Assembly (NCBI GenBank): GCA_951406725.2
Contig: OX597838.1
Coordinates: forward strand, 35,712,001 to 35,776,000
Direction: 5' to 3'
DNA: 64,000 bases
From: Octopus vulgaris
Lineage: Eukaryota
Part shown: positions 25,677 through 38,429 of the stretch, in pieces
Position numbering within the stretch: position 1 is the first letter of the stretch
Layout of the letters: each line of letters begins with the position of its first letter
Program-made: the position numbers and the translations under genes
Notes under the pieces: model-generated
Database searches by the model: none
The model's input: only the letters and a program-made list of their open reading frames with translations
What the model was told of the DNA's origin: nothing

Positions 25677-26438
25677 ACAGAAAAAAACAAGGAGAGAAAC
25701 AAGGAGAGATATATATCTTTGGGCAGGCATCACAGTATGGTTAAGAATCTTGCTTTGCAACTCTGTAGTTTTGCATCACAATTGTGAGATTGCGTTTTCA
25801 ATTCTTGAACCAGGCAGTATATTCTGTTTTTTAAGCAAACACTTCATCACATGGTCCACGTATGGCACGCTGTGCACCTCTATACACAACGTTGACTTGA
25901 TAGAGGGAGTGGGTTAGTGTACAACATAGATATTTTATCTCTATGAACAAGTCATCTGTGCAGGTTGTTCATTTAGAAATCATAGAACATACATCTGTTG
26001 TCCGTAGCAGGAGAGCCCTCAACGGTGCCAGCCATGTTCAGAGTTTTTGTCACCAGTGGCATATGGTGATGCCATTTTGGGTGTGCTGCCATACCTGATG
26101 CCACCAAATTTCAAGCAGGGATATAACAAAGGTTTTCCATTAGGATTTGTCATTAAATTAATGAATTTATAATGAATTTATCATTTTTGATGGGTGTGCA
26201 GCGCACATCTTGCACACCTGGATCATACAGCCCTGGTTATCACCAAGGTACCAATGAGTTCAATGAAGAATTTAATATACAGGTAGATGTCCATTAAAGC
26301 TTAATCCTCAGTTCTTATTCCTTTATTATAATTTCTCTAAGATATAATTGAGGAATTAAAGACTGGCTTGTCCATGGAAAATTTTTTATGCTGACAACCA
26401 AGTTCTTACATCTGAATCTTTTGAAGAATTATAGGAGA

Positions 26439-26832
26439 CTAGCATTATCGCCCGGCATTGCTCGGGTTTGTAAGAGAAAAAACTATATAAGCACTTTTAG
26501 AGATGTAAAGTATAATAGCCATCTCAATATGGCTAACCACAAGGGGGGGTTTACTGTAGCTTTTTACGTTCTGAGATTTAATAATAAATTTTTAGAGAGT
26601 TACTTCCCTTATATATGCCAAAAATGCATTAAAAATGGGAAAAATTAATGGTAAATTTTTTTTAAAATCGTAGACTCATCGTAGACGTGCGCTAATACCC
26701 AGAAGGGCTCGATATGAATCACGACTATAAGATACCCGGTTTTGGTTAAACTGCACCACTAAATGTGGGAGTAGTTAGGAATCTAAATCGTAGGAGACAG
26801 ACAGCACACAACCTCTCTTTTATATATAAAGA
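26439..26832 (-). mobile_element. Non-autonomous Helitron, complete
   Basis: Minus strand starts TC (TCTTTATATATAAAAG) after a host A and ends CTAG before a host T, with GC-rich hairpin CCCGAGCAATGCCGGG just upstream of the 3' end; no TSD. Confidence 0.85.
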
Positions 26833-27023
26833 TATTCCAAATGCAGATACAAAACTTAGAATCTCACTAACTGATCCATTTATATACAAATCTATCCCAC
26901 TTTCTGCCTGTCTATGCCTGTCTGCCTACCATCTACCTCTCGGTCTACTAATTAAGTTATCTGCCTTTGTATTAATCTATTTATCAATGTCTATCAATCC
27001 CTCCCTCCCTCCCTCCCTCTCTC

Positions 27024-27061
<38 letters not shown>

Positions 27062-27238
27062 ATAAAAGGCCTTCTCCATACAAGATGAAACAGTGTAGTT
27101 GGACACTTATAGTTCTTCTCTTCAAATACTTTAATATATTTAATACGGTTTAAACTAAAATTAACTACCAAACTAACTGGAGTGACCTAAAAAAAAAAAC
27201 CCAAAAGATGAAACAGAAAAAGAACACAAAATTACTAA

Positions 27239-27282
<44 letters not shown>

Positions 27283-27859
27283 TATAATCAGTTTATTTTA
27301 TATTCACTATTTCGGTGTACTTAGTTTTATTTTCCTTACCTTCGGGCAATATTCCAATTTTTATTTCACCTGCCCCATCTCTTCATCTCATTTGCGTTTT
27401 AATTTCTTGTAGTTATTTATTTATTTAATTAATTTTTCTTTTTGCTTTATCATATTTTTGTGTTAGGTTCATAGAATTACATATTTTATCTTTTCCTTTT
27501 TTTTTCCTTTTTTTTTCTTTTTCTTCTTCATCTTATCCCCGTTGGCATTGTCTTGTCTTAAATTAAACACATTCCCAAGAAATGACAAATTTACATCTTT
27601 TGGAATTTCATAGTTTTCCTCTCCCTTCCTCTCTCTCTCTGTCTCTGTCTTTTATTGTCTTTCTTTCTGTACCCCCCTCTCTCTCTCTGGTGTGTGTGTC
27701 AGTATCAGTTTATCCCTCACTGTAGAAACATGATACATATGCATATACATATATATATCCACACACAAACACACACAACCACCATATGCATATACACACG
27801 CCCATATGAATATGTGCAGATGTAGACACATTAGGGACACCTGTGCATAGAAACACACG

Positions 27860-28180
27860 CCCACACATACATACATACATACATACATACATACATACAT
27901 ACACACACACATACATACATACATACATACACACACATACATACATACATACACACACACATACATACATACACACATACACACACACATACATACATAC
28001 ATTCATACATACACACACACATACATACACACACACATACACACACACACACACATACACACACACACACACATACATACATACATACACTCACACACAC
28101 ATACATACACACACATACACACATACATACATAAATACACACACACACACACACACATACATACATACATTCATACATGT
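27860..28180. repeat. (CATA)n/(CA)n microsatellite
   Basis: Direct reading. Confidence 0.95.
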
Positions 28181-29245
28181 AAGTATATGTAAATGGGTTT
28201 GTGAAAGTGTGTATGTGCACAAAAGAATTTAATTTATTATTTTATTCACATTATTCTGCTGCTAACCTAAAATGATTTGGCTTCAAAAGACTGTAGAATA
28301 TCTATGGTTATTTTCAGATGAATTAAAAGATACATGCAAAAAGAAGAAAAAAATGGAGAATAGTAAATAAATTAGGAATGTTTGAAGCAAGGTGTGTATG
28401 TGTGTGTGAGAAAGACAGTGGATATATATATATATATAATATATAGTAGTACATGTGTGAGTGTGTGTGTGTGTGCAGGCATAGATGTATGTAAGTCTAC
28501 GTACATATATGTGTGTGCGTATATGTGTGTGTGTGTGGATGCATGTGTGTGTGTGTGTATATGTATATAAATTATATATGTGCATTTGTATATGTGTGTG
28601 TGTGTATGCATGTATGTATCCCTCTCGGTATGTATATATGCATATATGTATGTCTTTCTTTCTCTGTGTGCATGTGTGTGTGTATATATGTATATAAATT
28701 ATATATGTGCATTTGTATATGTGTATGAATATAGATGTTTTTATATATATATATATATTTGTGTCTATATATATTGTGTATGTATATATATGTATAAATG
28801 TATATGTCTGTGTATTTTTCATATATACATGTGTGTGTGTGTGTGTGTGTGTCTGTATTTATAGGAGTAACTTTGTGTGTGTGTATCTGCATAATCAGTG
28901 TCACATTCTTTACTTCAATTATGAAGCCCCATAGGTTTCTGAATTGTTGTGCGTTGTGTTAGGGTCTCCAGGTGATACTTGTGTTTTGGCAGGCTTGTTT
29001 CATTTGCAATAGATGAAGATTTATGGTGACACTATTGTGAAGTATGAATCATGACACACCAAGCCAACTAAATGCTGAATTGATTTTGAGCAGAGAAAAA
29101 GCAAAGCTGATTTGAGTAAGCAAAAGGGAACTCAACTAAGCTGAGACAAACCAGATATATCTGAACAAAGCAAATTATTGCTGAGAGAAATTGAGCTGAT
29201 CTAAAAGCAGCTAGGCTGATGATGACAAAGCAAAACTGAACAACA

Positions 29246-29410
29246 GGCGTAGGAGTGGCTGTGTGGTAAGTAGCTTGCTTACCAACCACATGGTTCCGGG
29301 TTCAGTCCCACTGCATGGCACCTTGGGCAATTGTCTTCTGCTATAGCCCTGGGCCGACCAAAGCCTTGTGAGTGGATTTGGTAGACGGAAACTGAAAGAA
29401 GCCCGTCGTA

Positions 29411-29458
<48 letters not shown>

Positions 29459-29655
29459 CGTCTGTATTTTTCCCCCTAGCATTGTTTGACAACCGATGCT
29501 GGTGTGTTTATGTCCCCGTCACTTAGCGGTTCAGCAAAAGAGACCGATAGAATAAGTACTGGGCTTACAAAGAATAAATCCTGGGGTCGAGTTGCTCGAT
29601 TAAAGGTGGTGCTCCAGCATGGCCGCAGTCAAATGACTGAAACAAGTAAAAGAGA
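29246..29655 (+). mobile_element. SINE family A, full length
   Basis: Complete head, core, (TA)n and tail. Confidence 0.92.
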
Positions 29656-29969
29656 GAGAGAGTAACCTGAATCAAGAGGAGTCCATTTAGGGTGAACATG
29701 TTGAGTTGAGACATGTTGAGTTGAGATGAATTGAACCAAGTGAAGAGAGGCTGAGCTGAGCAAAGCTGATGACAACAATGCTGACATGACTGGGATGGAA
29801 CAAAAAAAAAAATTAAGAATAAAAAACATACAAAAAAAGGCTAACAGTCTAGGTTATGTTGAGCAAAACCTAGCTGTTATTTCTTCATACACTTTCCTAA
29901 CAGCAATATGTGTGTGTGTGTGTCTGTATGTAAAAAAGCATGCTGATACACACTTGCATGTACATACCT

Positions 29970-30198
29970 ATTTCTTTATTACCCACAAGGGGCTAAACAT
30001 AGAGGGGACAAACAAGGACAGAAATAGGTATTAAGTTGATTACATCGACCCCAGTGTGTAACTGGTACTTAATTTATTGACCCTGAAAGGATGAAAGGTA
30101 AAGTCGACCTCGGTGGAATTTGAACTCACAACGTAACAGCAGATGAAATACCGCTAAGCATTTCGCCCGACGTGCTAACGTTTCTGCCAGCTCTCCGC
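29970..30198 (-). mobile_element. SINE family C with TSD
   Basis: Direct repeat CTTGCATGTACATACCT at 29953-29969 and 30199-30215. Confidence 0.92.
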
Positions 30199-30518
30199 CT
30201 TGCATGTACATACCTTCAGATATACATACAATCACACATAACTCACAACGGGCTTCCTTTTAGTCTCAGTTTAGAAAATCCGCCCAGAAGTTTGGTTCAG
30301 AAGATAATTTGCAGAAAGATGGAGTTCAGTGAAACTGAACCTGAAAGCATGTGTTTGAGAAGTGAACAGCCATACCTGTACAGTACACACATAAATACGT
30401 ACATACATATACATACATATATAAACATGTATATATGAAAATGTATGTATGTATACACATGGACACTCACATTCAAGCACAGAGACACATAGATATGTGT
30501 ATTTATATGTATAGATTC

Positions 30519-30593
<75 letters not shown>

Positions 30594-30722
30594 AGTTCAG
30601 CAAAAATTTAGATTCAAATGAATATGGTATTTTATTTTGATGCACCAGAATTCTGTATGGTGTTATCCATAAAAATCCGTGGGGTGATTATAATCAAAAT
30701 AAGCAACAAGAATGACTCCGGT

Positions 30723-30812
30723 ATTTGGTACGATCGTTTCGTACTACATCATTTTATTAAATGTTGTAGGTATCACAACAGTTTTGAAATGCTGAGCACT
30801 CATCAGCCAATT
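30723..30812 (-). ncRNA. Type I hammerhead ribozyme in the inverted pLTR copy
   Basis: Minus strand AATTGG-CTGATGA-GTGCT..long hairpin..AGTAC-GAAAC-GATC-GTA-CCAAAT. Confidence 0.8.
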
Positions 30813-30961
30813 ATAGAGGTTTTCCATTAATACAAAAATTTTCATATCAAGTAGCAACATTATAGAGAAGGTAGATACATAGACAAAGATGTGGATTTGA
30901 ATTTTAAGAACACTTGAGGTAGTGGAGCCCATCAACTGACTGACTAAGATTCAGTTGTTCC

Positions 30962-31231
30962 TCTTTTAGGCTCAAACATAAGGCAGGTTGCACAACATTA
31001 TCTAGTAAAATTTGGGAACTAAAAACAAATAATATAGAATTCAACCCAAAATGGGATATACTTAGAAGAGTGCAACCTTATAGAAATAGTAGGGATGGTT
31101 ATCAGCTTTGTTCTATGGAAACTTATGAAATTTTGAAACATCAGAGTAATACAAATCTGTTGAATAATTGTTTGGAGCTGGGAGGATCTTGTATACATCG
31201 TACGACCCGAACATTTAAATACTTTAAATAA
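30962..31231 (+). pseudogene. C-terminal fragment of a PLE RT/GIY-YIG endonuclease ORF (89 codons then stop, 5'-truncated)
   Basis: Manual translation SFRLKHKAGCTTLSSKIWELKTNNIEFNPKWDILRRVQPYRNSRDGYQLCSMETYEILKHQSNTNLLNNCLELGGSCIHRTTRTFKYFK* resembles, from memory, the PLE C-terminal pattern T.LS..IW.LK...W.I....PY...C.LC..E...I...LLN...E....C.H. Not in the supplied ORF track. Confidence 0.8.
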
Positions 31232-31275
31232 TAATTTTGTGAATATTCCTATATTTTTCAAATTTTAATTCTTTA

Positions 31276-31770
31276 TAACCAAATAAGAAGGAATATACCA
31301 TACTAGCTTTCAATTTAACATTTATAGGTGACTAAAATAACTTCACTGCAAACTTAAAATTGAATTCTTCTTTTTTCTAAAATTAAACTGTATGAATCTA
31401 AACAGTTGGAATCCTAAATAGTATGAATCCCAAATAGTACGAATACTAAATAGTATGAATCCTATGTCCCTAAGGAAACTATTCGGTTCACCTTGATTAT
31501 CTCACTTCCATTTCTTAATATAGACTTAGTCTAAGATATCTTTACAAAATATATTTAACCAAATAGGAACGAATATACCATAGTGGTTTTAGTTTAACAC
31601 CCATAAATGATTAAAAAACTTCATTGCAAACTTAGAATTAAATTCTTCTTTTTATAATGTTCTCCAATACTAAGTAGTATTAATCCTATGTCCCTAGGGA
31701 AACTATTTGGTTCATCTTGATTATCTCACTCCAATTTCTTAATATATAATTAACCTAAGATATTTTTACC
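31276..31770 (+). repeat. Two diverged tandem direct repeats in the PLE 3' region
   Basis: Units start TAACCAAATAAGAAGGAATATACCATA (31276) and TAACCAAATAGGAACGAATATACCATA (31556); both contain AATCCTATGTCCCTA.GGAAACTATT.GGTTCA.CTTGATTATCTCAC. Confidence 0.8.
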
Positions 31771-32560
31771 TAACTAATTAACCTTTATCCACAGGTAGTA
31801 AATTTTATTTCCAATAGATCCTATATTTTAGTTCATTAATATCAACTCACTATCCATGAAATCTGAATAATTTACTCTTCTAAATTATCTCTCTTCATAT
31901 TATAAAATATCGCCTTCTACTAAACCTATGAATATCTTCCTTCTTTGATTTTCCCTCTTCCATCTTTCTTAGTATATATTTTGACCCCTAATATGTTCAC
32001 TTGATTAATAAGGCTTTTCCCCCCAGTTAATAAGTACTATGCCTACTCATAATAAGTGACAGTTTCTTTCTCCAAATTTGAATAAATTTTAGATTTACAT
32101 TTTTTCCTTTATTCTAACGTGTCAAAGTACTTGGAACTTATAGACCAACTGTTGTGATGATGTGCATAGGGTTTGTAAGGTCTCTGCATTCTCTGTGAAT
32201 GTTATTGTGACCATTTGACATTGACCTAGTTCTCCTAACGCTGAATCTGTTCATCAAATAGCAGTAATTGGCATTTAGTTGTGACAATGCAGTCTTCTAC
32301 ATAAATTCCTTATTTGGAGCTATGACATCCCCTTTACCCCTTTTCTATACTTAGAAAATCTTTATTGTCTCCTTTCATTTGTTCTTCCCTCTCAGAACCT
32401 TACAGTAGTCTGGAACAACTGAATCTTAGTCAGTCAGTTGATGGGCTCCATTACCTCAAATGTTCTTAAAACTTAAATCCACATCTTTGTCTATATATCT
32501 ACCTTCTCTATAATGTTGCCACTTGATATGAACATTTTTGTATTAATGTAAAACCTCTAT

Positions 32561-32651
32561 AATTGGCTGATGAGTGCTCAGCATTTTAAAACTGTTGTAA
32601 TAATTACAACACTTAATAAAATGATGTAGCACGAAACGATCGTACCAAATT
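32561..32651 (+). ncRNA. Type I hammerhead ribozyme in the 3' pLTR
   Basis: AATTGG-CTGATGA(32567-32573)-GTGCT...AGCAC-GAAAC(32633-32637)-GATC-GTA-CCAAATT; stem II extended by CATTTTA/TAAAATG and TGTTGTAA/TTACAACA; predicted cleavage after GUA (32644). Confidence 0.85.
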
Positions 32652-32697
32652 ACCGGAGTCATTCTTGTTGCTTATTTTGAGTATATATATATATATA

Positions 32698-33076
32698 TTC
32701 TTTTATTCTTTTCAGTCATTTGAGTGTTGCCATGCTGGAGCATTGCCCTTAGTTGAAGAAATCGACCCCAGTAGTTATTCTTTGCAAGCCTAATACTTAT
32801 TCTATTGGGGTCTTTTGCCAAACTGCTAAGTTACGGGGATGTCAAGCGATGGTGGGGAGGACAAACACGCACACACAAATGCACACATACATACACACAC
32901 ACTTACACACACACACATATATATATATAAGACAGTCTTCTTTCAGTTTCCATCTACCATATCCATTCACAAAGCTTTGGTTGGCCCGAGGTGCCAACTT
33001 GCCCAAGGTGCCACGCAGTGGTACTGAACCTGGAACCATGTGGTTGGTAAACAAGCTACTTACCACACAGCCACTC
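32698..33076 (-). mobile_element. SINE family A with internal deletions
   Basis: Reverse complement colinear with family A. Confidence 0.85.
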
Positions 33077-33142
33077 CAACTCACGCACATACACACACAC
33101 ACACACATATATATATATATGTATGTATATAGATATATATAT

Positions 33143-33300
<158 letters not shown>

Positions 33301-33391
33301 GATATATATATATATGTAATTAATCCAAAAGACAGAGAAGAAACATCGCAAGGGCGTGGTACATGCAGAGTATTATTAACTGCTCAGAGAA

Positions 33392-33431
33392 GGAGTTTGA
33401 CATTTCGAGCAAAGCTCTTCTGCAGAAACAG
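33392..33431 (-). ncRNA. Minimal hammerhead-like motif in a short insert (about 33318-33510) within (TA)n
   Basis: Minus strand GTTT-CTGCAGA-A-GAGC-TTT-GCTC-GAAAT-GTC-AAAC; stem I GTTT/AAAC differs from the 22381/25634 copies yet still pairs. Confidence 0.55.
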
Positions 33432-33509
33432 GAGACAGAGAAAAGTCCAAGAGAAAAGGAAGATGGAGGAAAAAAATTCCCTAACGATCCATATGTAGTT
33501 ACATTTTGA

Positions 33510-33795
33510 ATGTATGTATGTATGTATGTATGTATGTATGTATATATATATATATATATATATAAATGTATACATGTATGTATATATATGTGTGTATATA
33601 TATGTGTATATATATGTATAAATTTATGTATATATATACGTGTGTATATACATGTATACATGAATGTATATATATGTATATATGTGTATACATGTATATA
33701 TAGATATATATATATATATATATGAATGTATATATATATTTGTGTATATACATATGTTTATATGTGTGTATGTATATATATATATATATATATGA

Positions 33796-33826
<31 letters not shown>

Positions 33827-33990
33827 AATGTGTATATATATGTGTATGTTTATGCATATGAGTATAATTATATATGTTTATACATATGAGTATATGTATG
33901 TGTTTATACATATGAGTATATATATATATTTGTATATGTATATATATATATGTATATATATACATATATATATCTATATGTTTATATTTG

Positions 33991-34023
<33 letters not shown>

Positions 34024-34132
34024 GTTTATATATGTGTGTATATATATATGTATATACTTGTATATGTGCCTGTATATATATGTTTATATATTTATGCATC
34101 TTTATGTATATATATGTAAATATATACGCCTG

Positions 34133-34163
<31 letters not shown>

Positions 34164-34265
34164 ATATACGTATGGGTATATATATATGTGTGTGTGTGTG
34201 TATATATATATCTGTGTGTGTACATTTGTATATGTGTATATAAATATGTGCATATATATATATAA
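33510..34265. repeat. (TA)/(TG) compound microsatellite
   Basis: Direct reading. Confidence 0.95.
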
Positions 34266-34671
34266 TAAGGAAAAGAGTCGTACTTAATTTGACGGCTTTC
34301 GTTTATTGTCTAAATTACTATAATGCATCTGTTAATATCGGGAGGGCTACATTATATCATATTAGATTAAATTGATTTCCTCTCCATTCTTATTCCACCC
34401 CCAGTTCATCCATTTACCATTCTCCTTCCGTCTCTCCTTTTCCCCGTCCTCTCTTTCCTTCTCTGTTCCACTGTCATTTGCCACGGAGTTTAAGCAGAAT
34501 TGTTGCTGTGTAATTTCGAAATCGGTGAAATCTGTGGAGTGTGAGAATTCTCACTGAACGATTGCCTGTTGTGTATCCTGTCACCAATAATTTCTCCAGT
34601 CTTAGGAGGTGAAGATTTTTAACTCTTCTTAGCTGCTGGGATGTCTGGACACCCTTTCTTTCATTCATTCT

Positions 34672-34874
34672 TTCTTTTACTTGTTTCAGTCATTTTGACT
34701 GCGGCCATGCTGGAGCACCGCCTTTAGTCGAGCAAATCGACCCCGGGACTTATTCTTTGTAAGGCCCAGTACTTATTCTATCGGTCTCTTTTGCCGAACC
34801 ACTAAGTGACGGGGACGTAAACACACCAGCATCGGTTGTCAAGCAATGCTAGGGGGACAAACACAGACAGACAA

Positions 34875-34905
<31 letters not shown>

Positions 34906-35071
34906 TACGACAGGCTTCTTTCAGTTTCTGTTTACCAAATCCACTCACAAGGCATTGGTCGGCCTGGGGCTATAGCAGAAGACACTTGCCAAAGATGCCA
35001 CGCAGTGGGACTGAACCTGGAACCATGTGGTTGGTAAGCCAGCTACTTACCACACAACCACTCCTGCGCCT
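34672..35071 (-). mobile_element. SINE family A, full length
   Basis: Reverse complement of family A. Confidence 0.92.
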
Positions 35072-35229
35072 GTCTGCCATAGTGATGAATCTTCCTTTCC
35101 ATTTACATTTTGCTCTGCTAACCCCTTCGATGGAAACCCACCTGAAACTGTCCCTGGTTCTATGACATAGTTCCAAACACAATGTTAATAACGACAGTTA
35201 TTTTACTAAATTCTTCATTATTTCTGTAA

Positions 35230-35680
35230 TTAGTTAGTTAGTTAATTTTTTGGCTCAAAAAGCAAAAAGCAAGGCCATGTAGGGGGACATGGAGTTATGT
35301 TCAGGGTGGTGTGCATGTAAAGAGTTCAGGCCACTTGTGGTCAAGGGAGACTTTGAACCGAGCGGTCATCGGCATCTTCACCATCTCATCCGGCAACTTA
35401 TTCCATGGATCCGCAACCCGGACAGAGAAAGCCCCTCTCCTTCGATTAAGATGAAATCATCGCAGATACAGCTTTTCGGAATGACCCCGCAGCCGACGCT
35501 CTGGAGTAGGAGTGAAGAACAGCTCTTTCGAGAGGTTACACTTTCCGCTTATGATGTTGTGAGTAAGAATGAGATCTAGAGAATAAAGGTCGAGCGTCTT
35601 CAGCCTTTCTTCATAAGACAAATTCTTGAGACCAAGAACCATACGGGTAGCCAGCTTCTGGACTCTTTCAAGATGCTTGG
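35230..35680 (-). mobile_element. CR1/L2-group LINE 3' end (ORF2 C-terminus, 3' UTR, (AACT)n tail)
   Basis: HLERVQKLATRMVLGLKNLSYEERLKTLDLYSL...RLRGHSEKLYLR*; the frame continues past the TGA as FHLNRRRGAFSVRVADPWNKLPDEMVKMPMTARFKVSLDHKW, a classic CR1-type C-terminus. TTAGTTAGTTAG at 35230 is the tail on the minus strand. Confidence 0.88.
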
Positions 35681-35783
35681 TTGTATATTTCAATAGAGAT
35701 ATGACAACAAAAGGGTTGAATAATTAAAAAAAGGCAATGTGTGATGTTGTTCTAGATATATTCCTAAAAATATAAAATAGCCA

Positions 35784-35917
35784 AAAAAGGGTCTTCCAGA
35801 GAAACCAAAATACTTGAAGACAATTCACGCAAACAGAGAGTAAAGCAACGAAAATCAATCAATATCTGCTGTGTGAATTATCTTCAAGTATTTTGGTTTC
35901 TCTGGGAGACCCTTTTT
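35784..35917. repeat. About 45-bp inverted repeat (fold-back)
   Basis: AAAAAGGGTCTTCCAGAGAAACCAAAATACTTGAAGACAATTCAC pairs with GTGAATTATCTTCAAGTATTTTGGTTTCTCTGGGAGACCCTTTTT. Confidence 0.85.
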
Positions 35918-36100
35918 AAAGTAGAAGAAATAGCTAAGATTTTTGGCTGCTATTTCTAAACTTCGGTGTGTGGTGAAGCAAATCTTTGCTGAACCCTTTT
36001 ATTAAGTATTACTTAAGTTTACCGTGAAATGGTCCTTTTTCATACCGAATCCTACTTCGTGAAATTATTAGTTACTTCTTAATTAATTAATTTTACCCTT

Positions 36101-36143
<43 letters not shown>

Positions 36144-36333
36144 TATGTGTGTGTGTATATGTTTGTGTGTCTATATTTGTCCCCCCCCCCAGTATTGCTT
36201 GACAACCGATGCTGGTGTGTTTACATCCCCATAACTTAGTGGTTTGGCAAAAGAGACTGGGGTCGATGTGCTCGACTAAAGGCGCTGTCCCAGCATGACC
36301 ACAGTCACATGACTGAAACAAGTGAAAGAGTAA
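36144..36333 (+). mobile_element. 3' half of SINE family A
   Basis: Begins at the internal microsatellite and ends in the A tail. Confidence 0.8.
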
Positions 36334-37110
36334 AACTCCGAGTAACAGTTTTCATGACATCTTTGCAGCTTTATTAATAAAGCATATTACTCTACCTCCG
36401 GTAGTCGAGTACTTTTGTTTTCCACCTTGTTTCACATTTATGTGCTTACTCCGGTATACTCACACACACACATGGACATGCCATCTGGTTAGGCAAGCTA
36501 GGTAGGCAGTGCTTACCCACCCAGACTCCAAAATTGTGAATATTAATTATTAACAATAAAAAGTAAATGATTTCCAATTCATTATAATAATGCTAAATTA
36601 ATGCTTGGAATTCTATGTATAATTCATCAAATGGTTGCTATTTTGATATTATTCAGGTACAATTTCCTGTGCCTCTTAAGCTAAATGTATATGTTTCCAG
36701 CATTGTGTGAAAGCAAGGTATTGTATAGAATGCCTAGATATTCTATAGATTGTCTAGAATTCTTTAGGCAAAGAATTTAGAAGTTGGACACTTTATTAAC
36801 GAATTCAAATGTGTACAACCAACACACGCACACACACACACACACGTGCGTGTGTGTGTATGTATGCATGTGTGTGTGTGTGCATGTATGTTTCTATTTA
36901 TATATATGTGTGTATATATATGCATGATGTATTTATGTATATATATATATATATATGTATGTATGTGTATATATATGTACATTTATGCATGTATATACAT
37001 CTATATATATATATGCAAATATATTTACATATATATACGATGCAGTTGTTTGCATATACACACACACACACATATATATAAGTGTATATATATATGTGTA
37101 TAAATATGTG

Positions 37111-37159
<49 letters not shown>

Positions 37160-37210
37160 ATATATCTATATATGTGTGTATAAATACGTGTATATATATG
37201 TGTATGTATA

Positions 37211-37288
<78 letters not shown>

Positions 37289-37950
37289 CATAATAGTAAA
37301 GAGTATAACAGACAACAGAAATGGGAGGAAATTTTATTAGCAAACTGTTACTGAAACCTAAACCAAATATAAATGTTCTGTTGAACATCGCATCATTTTT
37401 CAGTGTTTCTATTTATTGCAGGAGTCTGCAGTTCAAATAACATTTCGAATTGTATACTACACACACACACACACACACACATACACACGCGCACACATAC
37501 ACACACACACACACATATTAATTCTTAAGAACAATACCATTTCTTAGTTCAATACTTTATCGTACACATCACCTTTACTACTACCGTCTTTACTACCACT
37601 TTTACTACATCACCTTTACTACCACCACCACCATAGCTACTACTATCACAGCCACCATCATCACCAACATCACTACTGCTTTCACTTCCATCACCACTGT
37701 CACCACTGTCACCACAACCAGCATCCCACCACCACCACCACCACCACCACCACCTAAATTGCTGTATTGCAGTTGACCTGAGTTGAAATTTACTTGACCA
37801 TCAGGACGTCTTCTGATGCCAATTAAGGCTCCATGCACTCAGAGAACCGCGATCTGGCATGAATCTCTTTTGATACCACTTGCCTGATGCCTGACTGATA
37901 GAAACCATGAGAGGCATCATTGGTGACCCCCAAAATATTATGAAGACAAC

Positions 37951-38360
37951 AGGTGCAGGAGTGGCTGTGTGGTAAGTAGCTTGTTTACCAACCACATGGT
38001 TCCGGGTTCAACCCCACTGCGTGGCATCTTGGGCAAGTGTCTTCTACTATAGCCTCGGGCCGACCAAAACCTTGTGAGTGGATTTGGTAGACGGAAACTG
38101 AAAAGAAGCCCGTCGTATATATGTATATGTATGTATATGTGTGTGTGAGTTTGTGTGTCTGTGTTTGTCCCCCTAGCATTGCTTGACAACCGATGCTGGT
38201 GCGTTTATGTCCCCATTACTTAGCGGTTCGGCAAAAGAGACCGATAGAATAAGTACTAGGCTTACAAAGAATAAGTCCCAGGGTCGAGTTGCTCGGTTAA
38301 AGGTGGTGCTCCAGCATGGCCGCAGTCAAATGACTGAAACAAGTAAAAGAGTAAAAAGAG
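37951..38360 (+). mobile_element. SINE family A, full length
   Basis: Complete head, core and tail. Confidence 0.92.
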
Positions 38361-38429
38361 TATGTCCCTTGTCACATGCTGGAATGGCGATCCAAGACGA
38401 CAGCACCAGACTTGAACTGGTGGGATGTG

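Larger units (their letters stand above)
30593..32681 (+). mobile_element. 5'-truncated Penelope-like retroelement (PLE) with inverted pseudo-LTR, inserted in (TA)n
   Basis: Inverted repeats 30694-30961 and 32412-32680 (about 15 differences by manual count), endonuclease-region ORF fragment at 30962-31231, an HHR in each repeat, (TA)n on both flanks. Confidence 0.85.

Noticed and set aside
30694-32680. Interpretation as a DNA transposon with long TIRs
   Set aside because: The interior encodes a truncated PLE-type peptide abutting one arm, the arms contain HHRs, and the left end has an unpaired extension.
36333-36460. AAACTCCGAGTA as the 3' half of an HHR
   Set aside because: The 5' half is absent (replaced by a SINE tail), too little to call.
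37755-37940. Possible host exon after TGTATTGCAG
   Set aside because: Stops appear in all three plus frames shortly after the putative acceptor, and the minus-strand ORFs run into repeats with no recognisable protein.
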